From Squalus acanthias (taxonomy: Eukaryota), in the NCBI GenBank assembly GCA_030390025.1, contig CM059431.1, positions 134,418,001 to 134,482,000 on the forward strand: DNA of 64,000 bases. The letters run 5' to 3'. This document shows, in pieces, positions 1 through 12,012 of this stretch (its first letter is position 1; each line of letters starts with the position of its first letter). The notes beneath the pieces were generated by a model. The model had not been told where the DNA came from and made no database searches. It saw nothing but the letters and a program-made list of their open reading frames with translations. A program made the translations under genes and the position numbers.

Positions 1-1608
1 TCTTCAGCCCATTCAATTCACTCCACGTGATATCAAGAAACGGCTGAGCGCACTGGATACAGCAAAGGCTATGGGCTCCGACAACATCCCGGCTATCGTG
101 CTGAAGACCTGTGCTCCAGAACTAGCTGCGCCTCTAGCCAAGCTGTTCCAGTACAGCTACAACACTGGCATCTATCCGACAATGTGGAAAACTGCCCAGG
201 TATGTCCTGTCCGCAAAAAGCAGGACGAATCCAATCCGGCCAATTACCGCCCCATCAGTCTACTCTCAATCATCAGCAAAGTGATGGAAGGTGTCATCGA
301 CAGTGCGATCAAGCAGTACTTACTCACCAATAACCTGCTCACTAATGCCCAGTTTGGGTTCCGCCAAGATCACTTGGCTCCCAACCTCATTACAGCCTTG
401 GTCCAAACATGGACAAAGGAGCTGAATTCCAGAGGTGAGGTGAAAGTGACTGCCCTGGACATCAAGGCAGCATTTGACCAAGTGTGGCATCAAGGAGCCC
501 TAGTAAAACTGAAGTAAATGGGAATTGGGGGGAAAACTCTCCACTGTTTGGAGTCATACCAAGCACAAAGGAAGATGGTTGTGGTGGTTGAAGGTCAATC
601 ATCACAGCCCCAGGACATTGCTGCAGGAGTTCCTCAGGACAGTGTCCTAGGCCCAATCATCTTCAGCTGCTTCATCAATAATCTTCCCTCCAACATAAAG
701 TCAGAAATGGGGATGTTCGCTGATGACTGCACAGTGTTCAGTGCCATTCACAACTTTTCAGATAATGAAGCAGTCCGTGCCCGCATGCAACAAGACCTGG
801 ATGACATTCAGGCTTGGGCTGTTAAGTGGCAGGTAACATTCGTGCCAGGCAATGACTATCTCCAACAAGCGAGAGTCTAACCACTGCCCCTTGACATTCA
901 ATGGCATTACCATCACTGAATCCCCCACCATCAACATCCTGGGGGTCACCATTGACCAGAAACTTAACTGGACCAGCCACATAAATACTGTGGCAACAAG
1001 AGCAGGTCAGAGGCTAGGTATTCTGCGGCGAGTGTCTCACCTCCTGACTCACCAAAGCCTTTCCACCATCTACAAGGCACAAGTAAAGAGTGTGATGGAA
1101 TACTCTCCACTTGCCTGGATGAGTGCAGCTCCAACAACACTCAAGAAGCTTGACACCATCCAGGACAAAGCAGCCCGCTTGATTGGCACTCCATCCACCA
1201 CCTTAAACATTCACTCCCCCCACCACCGGCATACCGTGGCTACAGTGTGTACCATCTACAAGATGCACTGCAGCAACTCGCCAAGGCTTCTTCGGCAGCA
1301 CTTCCCAAACCCGTGACCTCTTCCGCCTAGAAGGACAAGGGCAGCAGCCGCATGGGAACACCACCACCTCCAAGTTCCCCTCCAAGTCTCTCACCATCCT
1401 GACTTAGAAGTATATCGCCGATCCTTCATCGTCGCTGGGTCGAAATCCTGGAACTCCCTACCTAACAGCACTGTGGGAGTATCTTCACCACACGGACTGC
1501 TGTGGTTCAAGAAGGCAGCTCACCACCACCTTCTCGAGGGCAATTAGGGATGGGCAATAAATGCTGGCCTTGCCAACGATGCCCACATCCTATAAATGAA
1601 TTAAAAAA
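1..1608 (+). mobile_element. Decayed LINE (CR1/L2-group), ORF2 reverse transcriptase and 3' end; runs off the window at 5'
   Basis: ORFs 71-517, 518-880 and 852-1316 carry RT motifs (NYRPISLLS, ALDIKAAFDQV, GVPQDSVLGP, MFADD), broken by a TAA at 515-517 and a frameshift near 845. Ends ...GGGCAATAAATGCTGGCCTTGCCAACGATGCCCACATCC plus an A-rich tail. Confidence 0.9.
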
Positions 1609-1722
1609 ACTAAACTTCTTCGTTTAACCCACTCCCCTAACTTAGAGAGAAAAGAGACAAAATTATTTACTCAACTTTAACAAGAACATATGAGATACTA
1701 AAAACAAAGAACCTAAATATTT

Positions 1723-1744
1723 TATATATATATATATATATATA
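1723..1744. repeat. (TA)n microsatellite
   Basis: Direct reading of the TATATA... run. Confidence 0.9.
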
Positions 1745-1899
1745 AAAACTTAGAGTCCTTCTTCTGAGTTGGACGTGAGAAACCGCCTTCCTCCTCTGCA
1801 CCAAATTTCTACTATCACCAAATTCTTTCACTCTGCTTGCGATTAACTCCAAATTCGCTTCACCCAGCTTTGTCTTCAAGCTCTGTGCTTAATCAAAAC

Positions 1900-2320
1900 T
1901 CTTTGCAAGTACTTTTTGAAGTGCATTCACTGTTGTAGTGTAGGAAACACAGCAACCAATTTGCACACAGCAAGGTCCCACAAACACCAATGTGATAATG
2001 ACCAGATCATCTCTCTTAGTGATGTTGGTTGAGGGATAAGTGTTGGCCAAGACTTGATGTGAATGAAAACGTTATAGCTAAAAGTAAATTTGCCTGTTCA
2101 GATTTTCCGAAAGACGGCACCTCCGACAGTGCAGCACTCACTCAGTACTGCACTGGAGTGTCGGCCTAGATTATGTGCTCAAGTTGCTGGAGTTGATCTG
2201 TTTTGGTGTTGTGATAAATGTTGGCCATGATAATGGAAGAACTCCCCTGTTCTTCAAATAGTATCATGGAATATTTTAACTCCACTTTGAACAGCCAGAT
2301 GGAACCTTGGTTTAATGTCT
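1900..2320 (-). mobile_element. Fragmented SacSINE1/DeuSINE-like SINE
   Basis: Shares blocks (AAGTACTTTTTGAAGTG, CCGAAAGACGGCACCTCCGACAGTGCAGCACTC) with the copies at 39490 and 51414; pieces are rearranged. Family name is from recall. Confidence 0.7.
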
Positions 2321-2595
2321 TAGTGATTTGTCAATTGATTTTTCACTTGCTAAGTGGTTATGGGTAAATCCTGAGGCATTGCCACTTTTAAACCTTAAAC
2401 TTTTGGTAGCTGTAGGGAATTCCACAATCCTTGGGGCAGTGATTTTTTTTCAGTTTGTAGCTTGTACACTGATGATGAAACAGATCTTTGTATCATAAGA
2501 TTACACAGGAGTTATTTTTATTACTGCAGTGCTAACTCGATAAACATTTAACTGTCAAATATTCAAACTTTTAAAAAATTTACATTCCTTGTTTT

Positions 2596-2978
2596 ACATA
2601 GATACATAGATACATAGATACATAGAACTGTACAGCACAGTACAGTACAGGCCCTTCGGCCCTCGATGTTGTGCCGAGCATTGTCCGAGACCAAGATCAA
2701 GCTATCACACTCCCTATCACTCTGGTGTGCTCCATGTGCTTATCCAATAACCGCTTGAAAGTTCCTAAAGTGTCCGACTCCACTATCACAGCAGGCAGTC
2801 CATTCCACACCCCAACCACTCTCTGAGTAAAGAATCTACCTCGGACATCCCTTCTATATCTCCCCCCATGCACCTTATAGTTATGCCCCCTTGTAACAGC
2901 TGCCTCTACCTGAGGAAATAGTCTCAGAACATCCACTCTATCTATCCCCCTCATCATCTTATAAACCTCTATTAAGTT
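2596..2978 (-). mobile_element. 5'-truncated CR1 LINE 3' end
   Basis: ORF 2697-2984 (LIEVYKMMRGIDRVD...TRGH...FFTQRVVGVWNGLP) is the CR1 ORF2 C-terminus; 8-bp tandem tail (TACATAGA)n at ~2596-2625. Confidence 0.9.
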
Positions 2979-3179
2979 TTGCATATTACTTATTCTGTTT
3001 CCTGAGTATAACTTACCCTATGCCAATGGCGGTCTTTTTTTAAAATTAACTTTTTTGTTTGCCTTTTTCAGTGTCTGGGATCCTGGTGTCTAGTTTTGAG
3101 TGGGGAGCCACATCATTTAAAATGTGTCTGGGTGAAAATCAGGACCTAAAGTTTTTGTTTCAGCTGGCCAAGAATTTTT

Positions 3180-4083
3180 TCAAAATTTGCCGATGATACC
3201 AAACTTGGAGGTGTGGCAAACAGTGAGGAAGATACCAATTGACTGCAACAGGACATAGCAGAATGGGCAGACAAGTGGCAGATGGAATTTAATAGAGAAG
3301 TGTGAGGTGATGCATTTTGGCAGAAGAGATAGGGAGAGGCAATATAGACTTAATGGCACAGTTCTAAAGAGTGTGCAGGGACAGAGGGACCTGGGGGTTC
3401 ATGTGCATAGATCTTTGAAGGTGGCAGGACATATTGCGAGAGTGGTTAGCAAAGCATATGGGATCTTGGGCTTCATAAATAGAGGTATTGAGTACAAAAG
3501 CAGGGAAGTTATGCTGAACCTTTATAAAGCTATGATTAGGCCACAACTAGAGTATTGTGTCCAGTTCTGGTCACCACATTAGGAAGGATGTGAAAGTCCT
3601 TGAGAGGGTGCAGAGGAGATTTACCAGTGGCTCCAGGGATGAGGGATTTTAGCTACAAGGTTAGGTTGGAGAAGCTGGAGTTGTCCTCCTTGGAGCAAAG
3701 GAAGTTGAAGGGATATTTGATAGAGGTGTACAAGATTATGACGGGTTTGGATAAGGTAGACAGAGAAAGGCTGTTCCCATTAGCTGATGGTACAAGGACT
3801 AGGGGACAGATTTAAGGTTTTGGGTAAGAGATACAGGGGGGATGTGAGGAAGAACTTTTTTACACAACGAATGGTAATGACCTTGGACTCGCTGCTGATA
3901 AGGGTGGTGGAAGCGGAGATGATCAATGATTTCAAAAGTAAATTGGATAGGCACTTGAGGGAAATAAACTTGCAAGGCTACAGGGATAGAGCGGAGGAAT
4001 GGAACTGACTGGATTGCTCTACAGAGAGCCGGCACGGACTCGATGGGCCGAATGGCCTCCTTTTGTGCCGTTATGACTCTATT
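3180..4083 (+). mobile_element. 5'-truncated decayed CR1 LINE
   Basis: KFADDTKL at ~3183; RPQLEYCVQFWSPH; NFFTQR; CR1-type tail GGGCCGAATGGCCTCC...ATGACTCTAT. Confidence 0.9.
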
Positions 4084-4086
4084 AAT

Positions 4087-4493
4087 GTGGCTACACATGG
4101 ATGCAGTCAGTGCTTGGCTCAGAGGTAATACTCTTGCTTCTTGAGTCAGAAGTTTGTGGTTTAAGCTCCACTCCGAAGAATTCAACACATAATCTACTAT
4201 ACTGAGAGATGCTGTCTTTTGGATGAGTTGGTAAACCATATGGTGGATATAAACAATCCCATGACACTGTTTTAAGAAGAGCAGGGAAGTTCCTCTGGGG
4301 TCTTGGCCAATATATATCCCTCAACCAATACTATATATAAAAAAATATTATCTGGTCATTTATTTTATTGCTGTTTATGGGATTTTGTCATAATTTAGGC
4401 AAACCTGGAAGACAATTTGCACACAGCAGTGACTACACTTCAGATGTACTTCATTGGCTTTAAGTACTTTGGGACGAATGCAAGTTCACTTTC
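4087..4493 (+). mobile_element. Diverged SacSINE1/DeuSINE-like SINE
   Basis: tRNA-like head (CTTCTTGAGTCAGAAGTTTGTGGTTTAAGCTCCACTCC) and body blocks AAGAAGAGCAGGG...TGGCCAATAT..ATCCCTCAACCAA, GTACTTCATTGGCT matching the other copies. Confidence 0.7.
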
Positions 4494-5025
4494 TCGAAAT
4501 TTGGAATTCTGCTTTATTCAATAATACCTACAGCATATAACTTACATAAAAAGTTCTTCCTTTTGTAATGTTTTAGCACTTTAATTTTCAAAAAGCAGTC
4601 ATTTAGCTATACTAGCAGGTTTCCTATTATGTTGCTCACGGAAAATTTGATGTTACGCTGTTTTATAATGACAGTAACACGCAGTGTATTCTGCTGCTGA
4701 GGAGATTTATTTTAGCTGACCCGTCTCTTTTAATGCCAGGCTACAATGTCTGAGTAAACACAGCCTCAGTCAGAGTTTAATTACTATTTGATGACATTTT
4801 ACAGTTTGGAGCTGCTTGTAAAGTTCGAGCTCCAGACTGAGAGAAAAAAACAGCATGAAATGAGGGCCCTTGTACGTGTTTTGTAAATACTTTTGAGACT
4901 TTATCGTGTAATGAATATCCTCAAAACCAAAAAAGTAATAGAAATCGATTAGTACTTTTATAGAGACAGATGACTTCATTATTTAGTATTCCAGTCATTT
5001 AAGTGTTTTTGTTTCTTCATTATAG

Positions 5026-5183
5026 AGATGAGGAAGAAGTTTGATTCAGGGGAGGATCCTCTGGATCCAGAAAATCAACAGGGCGGAGGTGGTCATCACT
5101 TTCACAGATCCTGGAACCAATGGCAAGGATTCAATCCTTTTGGCTCAGGAGGACCTTTTAATTTCAAATTCCACTTTAACTAA
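5026..5183 (+). CDS. DNAJC3: DnaJ homolog subfamily C member 3 (P58IPK), last coding exon
   Basis: Pyrimidine tract and TAG acceptor at 5023-5025, phase 1, then (E)MRKKFDSGEDPLDPENQQGGGGHHFHRSWNQWQGFNPFGSGGPFNFKFHFN*, TAA at 5181-5183. Closely matches the recalled human DNAJC3 C-terminus; tail-to-tail with UGGT2 as in mammals. Confidence 0.95.
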
Positions 5184-7975
5184 GTCTTGAGTATTGGCTA
5201 CTCATTTCTAGAAAGACTTCATCAGAACAGAAATGTTGAATGTGATGCCGGAAACCCAGACCTAAAGGTTTAAACAGTGTAACTTTTTTGTTCAGCCAAA
5301 AATGTTCAGAATGTAGTATTTTTCACATGTAAAGTACAGTTTTGAAATATTTTCCTTAAACATAATGAAATGCAATGTACACTTATAATAAAGCAAATTG
5401 CCTTATAAATCCGATCCCCTTGAAAACAATTTATTCCCCCATAAATATTTTCTAATATGTATGGGTGATTTGAAAGTCCTTAGCACCTAAGACAAAATAA
5501 CAAATCCTCCACCAAATATGATGTGATTAAATGGCAACAGTACCATTTTGTGTCATTAAAACCGGCATAAGGACTATTTGAACAATGTCCCTTTCAATAG
5601 GATGTGAGTGGATTAGTGACTTACAATGGCACATATCTGACCTCTACTTTTCATACTGTGGGACTGCTTCAAATTCACAGAAGCAGAACTTTTTAAATTA
5701 AAATATTCTAGTATTCATCTTCTCATGGGACCTTAAATATCTTTGTTTTAGATACATTGAAGATGTCCCATTCACTATTTGATCCAGTTAATCCACTTGT
5801 AACTTGTTAATGGGTAAGGACACTGGAATGTTCTCACACATATATACAAAAGAAAGGATTATTCCCTATATAGCAAATGGTCATCTGGGTACTCTTTAGT
5901 GGGGACCTCCTTTTTATAATTTTGGAGGAAATCTGGGAATTTTAATATTTGATATGTTCATGCTGTAAATCTATACAGGCATTAACCTGACCAAAAAAAA
6001 TTGTACGTGCTGCAGGTAAATGTGTCATCATCTACAGACTTCTGAAAATAGTGCACAGACTTTCAAAACTGAATTTATCTGTACTTTACCACTGTAAAGG
6101 TTGAAGCCCTAGCTTGGCTGGCATTAGATTCTGCCCACCTCAGTTATGACATTTATTTTTTACATAAACTGAACATTTATCTCCGTGGAGAGAGAAGGTA
6201 CCCAGCTCCCTATTCTATAGATGTGGCTTGGTTGCTGATGGAGTGACATTTCTGGTTTCATAAACCAACTATCTTTCCTTTCCATTTTTGGAGATGAGTA
6301 GATTAAAAAAAAAAACACCATTAGCACTGTGGCTATTTAAATTTTCTTAAACACATTTTTCCCTAGTTAATGGTAGGAACATAACCTCACTGAAGGGTGT
6401 TTAGCAGGGTTTTTTTTTCTATCCTAGTAATGCAGTAGGAAACTTCAGATTAGAATTTACAGATGTGTATCTTTTTGTAGACCATACAAAAGTGTTGAAT
6501 ATGGAAAATATTCTAATGCATCTTTGCACTAGGGGGTAGATTTTGATGCTCGTTTCTGAGCCAGATATGTCAGGAAGGCCTCATTTACATTACCTTTGGG
6601 TCAGAAAGCCTATACTACTAGAAGCTCATATGCATTGTATCCGAAAAGTGTCTGTTAAGGGACCTTGGAACAATGAATACTAATAACATCTTGCATTCCT
6701 TGTGCCTGAAAAAAATCACCCATTCTTGATGTGCTGCACAAAGTTAGAGTAGCAAGATGGGGTATATTTTTGTCTTGTTTACTGACCATATAAAAACAGA
6801 ATATACTCTTATGCTTGTGTGAATGCCAGAGTAATATTTTTACATCTGGCATCAGAGTTGTGTCTACTCATCATGAAAGATGGATTTAAAATTAATTCAA
6901 GACCATAGAAAGAGTAAGATCTCAATGCAAATGATTTGATATCTAGCATCAGACTAGTAGTTCATTCACGTCACTTTGAAGGGCAATAAATATAACCTTT
7001 GTTTGCAGAACAATGGTATGGGGGTGATTTCCCCAAGTACATACTGGCGTTTGGGAACTTTGGCTGTTGCCAGTACATATGGATTGTCCACAATTTCCTA
7101 GTCTATGCTGGTGGCGGCTGAGTTTCCTCATTGCCAGTGCACACTCAGAAAATTAAGGCCCGCGTGGTTATTGTATGGTAATATAGCTTATTAGACAGTT
7201 TGATTAAAGGATTTTATATATTATTTCTCCTGGTGGTTGTGTCCATGTGGTTATGTTTTTTTCTCTGGGATGGTGTGTCTTGTGGCGATGGAGTACTCCA
7301 TCTGATGACATGGTAAAGAACTAAAAAAACTTGCCTATCTAGGTTGCTGAATTTTAAATCCTCGTGTTGGTTAAGCGTGGGGTTTAAGCTTGAACCCTTT
7401 GAGACCTTACTGCTATTTTATTTTACAGATCATTGGTGGGGGGGCAAAATCAAATATCAGCTGGTATGCAAATTTACCTTATGAACAATATCATTACTTC
7501 AAACTAAACTTTCAAATTGAGTGATAAAGACACCTTATTTTAGTATTTTTTGGGGAAAATGTAAACCTGAAACTTTGTTCCATTAGATAAAATTGTGCCA
7601 ACTGTGCCAACTGTATTGCAATCACATTGTAAAGTTATTACCTTGATTAATGTTCCTAAGAATGGGGAATTTGGCTCAGTTTAAACCAATTTTCTGTACA
7701 GAAAAGATTGAGCAGTGTATGGACAAACTTGTAATGTGTACAACTCAAAAGGTTTTGTATGTCTGCAATAAAATAACATTTCCTGCAAACAATATTGATA
7801 TACAGATGAAAAATATGAAGTAGACTTGCAGTACAAATATCCCACATGATTTTGCACTTGTTTTGAAATGTAATTTTACTATTTGTACTTGCACTCTATG
7901 TTCTGAAGTTTGGGGACTATTTTTATATTATGTCCATGAAGTGTCAGAATTGTAAATAAAAAAAAAACGTACATC
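5184..7975 (+). other. DNAJC3: Probable DNAJC3 3' UTR
   Basis: AT-rich, largely repeat-free sequence after the stop codon; AATAAA at 5387-5392, 7767-7772 and 7955-7960. The 3' end is inferred. Confidence 0.55.
7955..7960 (+). terminator. Candidate distal polyadenylation signal of DNAJC3
   Basis: AATAAA at the end of a T-rich UTR-like block; use is not demonstrable from sequence. Confidence 0.45.
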
Positions 7976-8528
7976 AGTTATGCTGAATTTGTTTAGAGAC
8001 TTCAATTGCCAGGATAAAATGTATGCAGTTAGTTCTTCACCATTTTTAGGAATATATAATTGAAGTAATCTTAGTTTTCAGTGATACCCGACTCACAACA
8101 TAGACAATTTTATGAATCCATGCTCCCAGCATGGAGCATTCTGTTGAGACTGCATATTAGGAATTTGAATAGAGGTCAATGGACTGCTGCTTGATTTTTC
8201 GGTGAAAATTTGTGATCTGCACGGCTACCAGGCAAAGCTCCATTGGCAGAAATACAGATTCATAAAACATACCCGTTAAATGGCCGGTTTTACTTAATCA
8301 AACTACAACCAAATTTATTTTAATTTGTAATACTGACACCGTAACAATTCAACATTGGTTAGTTGCAGAGTAAATCTGCTCAATAATACCTTAACACCAA
8401 CTGCAGAAGATATGGCCTACTACACTAATATGAGGATTTTATTCCAGTTGCCTGCTAATGATTGTCTATTTTGGTATTCATGGTGAATAGTTTGCACTGG
8501 AACTGTACCTTCACTCATTTTTAGTTAA

Positions 8529-8745
8529 AAGTGAGAAGTCGCACAACACCAGGTTATAGTCCAACAGCTTTATTTGAAATGACAAGCTTTCGGAGCGCTG
8601 CTCCTTCGTCAGGTGAAGTGACACATGACGAAGGAGCAGTGCTCCGAAAGCTTGTGATTTCAAATAAAGCTGTTGGACTATAACCTGGTGTTGTGCGACT
8701 TCTCACTTTTGTCCACCCCAGTCCAACACCGGCATCTCCCCATCA
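8529..8745. mobile_element. Penelope-like element remnant, inverted pLTR pair
   Basis: About 85-bp inverted arms (~8527-8612 and ~8625-8710), tail GTCCACCCCAGTCCAACACCGGCATCTCC, flanking duplication TTTTAGTTAA at 8519-8528 and 8746-8755. Confidence 0.8.
8580..8616 (-). ncRNA. Minimal type I hammerhead ribozyme motif
   Basis: Minus strand TCAC-CTGACGA-A-GGAGC-AGC-GCTCC-GAAA-GCTT-GTCA: CUGANGA core, stem II, GAAA, palindromic AGCU stem III; one stem I mismatch. Confidence 0.7.
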
Positions 8746-9469
8746 TTTTAGTTAAGACCATTGCAGCTGTTGGCAGTCTGGGCTGGATTTAATTCTAGGA
8801 TCCAGAACTAAGTTTACCTGCTATGATATCCACTTAAGGTTTTGGCTTTCTAGTTGCCTCCTTCCCTTGCAAGATTTGCCAAGTCCTTATTTCCGAGTCT
8901 GGTTGGGGAAAGGATTCCGGGTGATAAACTTGATCACGCTTCTCACTTCAATCACTCACATTTTGGGGAAGAGCAGAATGTCTTGGGAGTAAAAGGTAAA
9001 ATCAGTCATGAGAATAATTTGCTTTTCAGTGATTGGGAAAGAGTTACTTCTGTTATCACCATACTCGATTCCTACAAAAGGAAGATGGAATTCAGGTATG
9101 ATCAGAACTTGCTGCTGACATGCATTTACTTTGCTTATGTGTAGAAGTTATGTATTCAAACAAAATAAACTGCTACATTCTATCTGCATGTGTTTGGGAG
9201 GGGACATATTTGCTGTGATTCTGGGAACATAAGCATCTACACAATCCTTTCATTCCCTGCTGTATGCATCAAAGGTATTGGAGCTACCTCCTTCGCAGAA
9301 TAATCTTGTTTTCCGTAAGGATAACTTACTGGGCTGCAAAGCTCATTAAAATATTGGTCAGATGTAGAAGACTAGTTAATAATAATTTTACATTCTGCAT
9401 TAAACAAATCAGGCCACTTTAGTCAAATAATTCAGAGACCTGTATGCACAGTGGACCAAGTCCCAATCC

Positions 9470-9597
9470 CAGGTGTCAGCCTTGGATCAATGGTAGTCTT
9501 TTCACTTCTGAGTCCGAAGGTCGTGAGTTCAAGTACCACTCCAGAGACTTAAGCACATGATCAAGATCAACATTTCAGTGCAGTACTGAGTGCTGCA
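9470..9597 (+). mobile_element. SINE 5' (tRNA-derived) fragment
   Basis: GTCAGCCTTGGATCAATGGTAG...CTGAGTCCGAAGGTCGTGAGTTCAAGTACCACTCCAGAGACTT, A/B-box-like head of the SINE family at 51414-51840. Confidence 0.7.
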
Positions 9598-9720
9598 TTT
9601 TTTAAAGTTCATTCACGGGATGTGGCTGTCACCGACAAAGCCAGCATTTATTGCCCATCCCTAGTTGCCCTTGAGAAGGTGCTGGTGAGCTGCCTTTAAC
9701 CGCTGCAGTCCATGTGGTGT
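9598..9720 (-). mobile_element. 3' tail fragment of the LINE family at 1-1608
   Basis: GCCAGCATTTATTGCCCATCCCTAGTTGCCCT is the reverse complement of ~1537-1570. Confidence 0.8.
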
Positions 9721-10686
9721 AGCGCCCCGCTCTCTGTGTGTAGCGCCCCGCTCTCTGTGTGTAGCGCCCTAAGTTAGGTGATTAGCGCTTGATTTAGCGC
9801 ACCACTTCTTTCATGGAGTGCTAACAATTTAGCGGGAAGTCAGAAGGATTCGCGCCTGCCGCTAATTCTCCAACTTTTTTAAATTTAGAGCCCCAACCGG
9901 GGGGCGATAGTGAATTTCTAGCCCCCAATCTCCAACAAGGAAGGAAGCAGTGTTGGATCTAGTTCTGGGAAATGAAGTAGGACAAGTGGAGTGTGTTACA
10001 GGACATCATCTAGCTAACAGTGACCACAACAGAATTCGGTTTAAAGTAATTATGGAAAAGGAACGGAAAATATAGAAGGTAAAAATGTTAAACTGGGGAA
10101 GAGCTAATTTCAGTGATTTAAGAAGGGACCGAGCACAGGTAGATTGGAAAAGGCGATTGCAGTAACAGAGCAATGGAGGGCATTCAGGGAAGAGATAGTT
10201 CAGGTACAAACTAGGCAAATTCCTTTGAAGGGAAGAAGTAGAGCATACAAAGCTAATGCGCTCTGGATGACAAAAGAAATAAAAGTTAAAATAAAACTGA
10301 AAAAGGAAGCTTATGACAAATGCCAGAAGATTCAGTTAACAACCAGGAAGATTTGGAAACTACAGGAGGGAATTGAAAAACCCTCCTTGGGGAAGGTTTA
10401 AACTAATTTAGCAGGGGGATGGGCACCAGGATGTAGCATTAGAAAGGAGAAACAAGGTGCACAAATGATTGGGAGAGACAGATAGCACTAGAGTAAGAAA
10501 TACTGAGAGAATACAAGAAAGACTAAGATAGGTTTACAGTGCATGTGTGTAAACACACGAAGCATGGCAAATAAGGTTGGTGAGCTGCAGGTGAAAATAG
10601 CCACATGGGAATATGATGTCGCAGTGATAATGGAGACCTGGCTCAAAAAAGGGCAGGATTGGGTACTAAATATTCCTGGATATAAG

Positions 10687-11583
10687 GGGGTAAAAATTCA
10701 GTTGGTTGCGCCTCCCGTTAGCGTCTTAAGAGGGCGCTAATGGGGCGCAAAGCCGCTAACGCCCGGGCACAGCGATGTTTGCGCCGCTCGGGAACTTAAC
10801 TTGACATTGTGCGGCGGCGCTAAAACTTACCGCTGCGACCACCTGCGCGCGCAGATTGTGATGTCATTCCATGGTGCAACGCCCTTGTGGCGCCCCGGAG
10901 CGGAAATTGAGTGGCGCCCCCTGCCTTACCGCCTGGCGCTTCCAACGACCAGAAGACTGGAACGCTATCAATCGCTGTGGGGCTAGCGGGGGGGGGCGCT
11001 ATTTAAAGGGGGCCTCTTCCTGTCTTTTATTGTTGGTGGCATTTTTGAACTACGCATTCTGAGAGAGAGAGGGAGAGACTTCTGGAGAGATTCAACGTTG
11101 TGTGAAGGAGTTTTGGGTACTGAGCAGCACTTTGCAGGTTCATTTTGATTTGCCATTCCTTGTATCGATTTAGCAGAGACTGTGGGAGCTGCACTCTGAG
11201 CTCTTTGCCTGGTACTCTCCATTGTTCTTTCCAGCACATTTGATGTGCAAGTCTCTCCAGGCCGAGATTCAAGGCTGCAATGAACAGGATGTGGATGGAA
11301 AGCAAGATTAACCATCCCCTTTAAGAACTGGCCCGTGCCATTGTGTGTGTGTTCCATTGCTGACTGACATTACATGAGCTTCGCCAGCGCTCTGAGTTAG
11401 CGCCTCACAGCTCAGCCTTTGCGCCTTAAGACAGGTGTGCAGCGCCTGCTTTAGCGCTCCACTCACCTCCCGGGGCGGTAAAAGTGAAGTTTCCAGTCAG
11501 TGCCGATAATTAGCGCCAGGCGCTAATATTTGCGTCCAGACGATATTTGCGCCCCAAATGGGGCGCGACCTAATTTCTACCCC
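10687..11583. mobile_element. PIF/Harbinger-type MITE nested in CR1
   Basis: TIRs GGGGTAAAAATT / AATTTCTACCCC; 3-bp duplication AAG at 10684-10686 and 11584-11586; removal restores CR1 IPGYKVFRKDR. Confidence 0.85.
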
Positions 11584-11863
11584 AAGGTGTTCAGGAAAGA
11601 TAGGGAAGGAAAGAAAGGAGGTGGGGTGGCAGTATTGATTAAGGAGAATATTACAGTCCTGGAGAGAGAGGATGTCTTGGAGGGGTCAAGGACAGAATCT
11701 CTTTGGTTAGGGTTAAGAAACAATAGAGGTGCCATTACACTGCTAGGTGTATTCTATAGGCCACCAACTAGTGGGAAGGATATAGAGGAGCAAATTTGCA
11801 GGGAAATTACAGAGTAATATAGAGTAGTGATAATGGGGGACTTAAACTATCCTAATTTAGACT

Positions 11864-12012
11864 AAAATGAGAAGTCGCACAACACCAGGTTATAGTCCAA
11901 CAGATTTATTTAATTTTACAAGCTTTCGGAGCTGTCGCTCCTTCCTCAGGTAAGTTAGCAGTGAGAGAATCTCCCAGAATTCACAATTTAAACACAGACA
12001 AAATCTATTCAA
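11864..12012 (-). mobile_element. Truncated Penelope-like insertion in CR1
   Basis: GAGAAGTCGCACAACACCAGGTTATAGTCCAACAG as at 8533; duplication AATTTAGACT at 11854-11863 and 12013-12022. Confidence 0.8.
11916..11953 (-). ncRNA. Minimal type I hammerhead ribozyme motif, intact core
   Basis: Minus strand TTAC-CTGAGGA-A-GGAGC-GACA-GCTCC-GAAA-GCTT-GTAA; stem I TTAC/GTAA and stem II fully paired. Confidence 0.75.
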
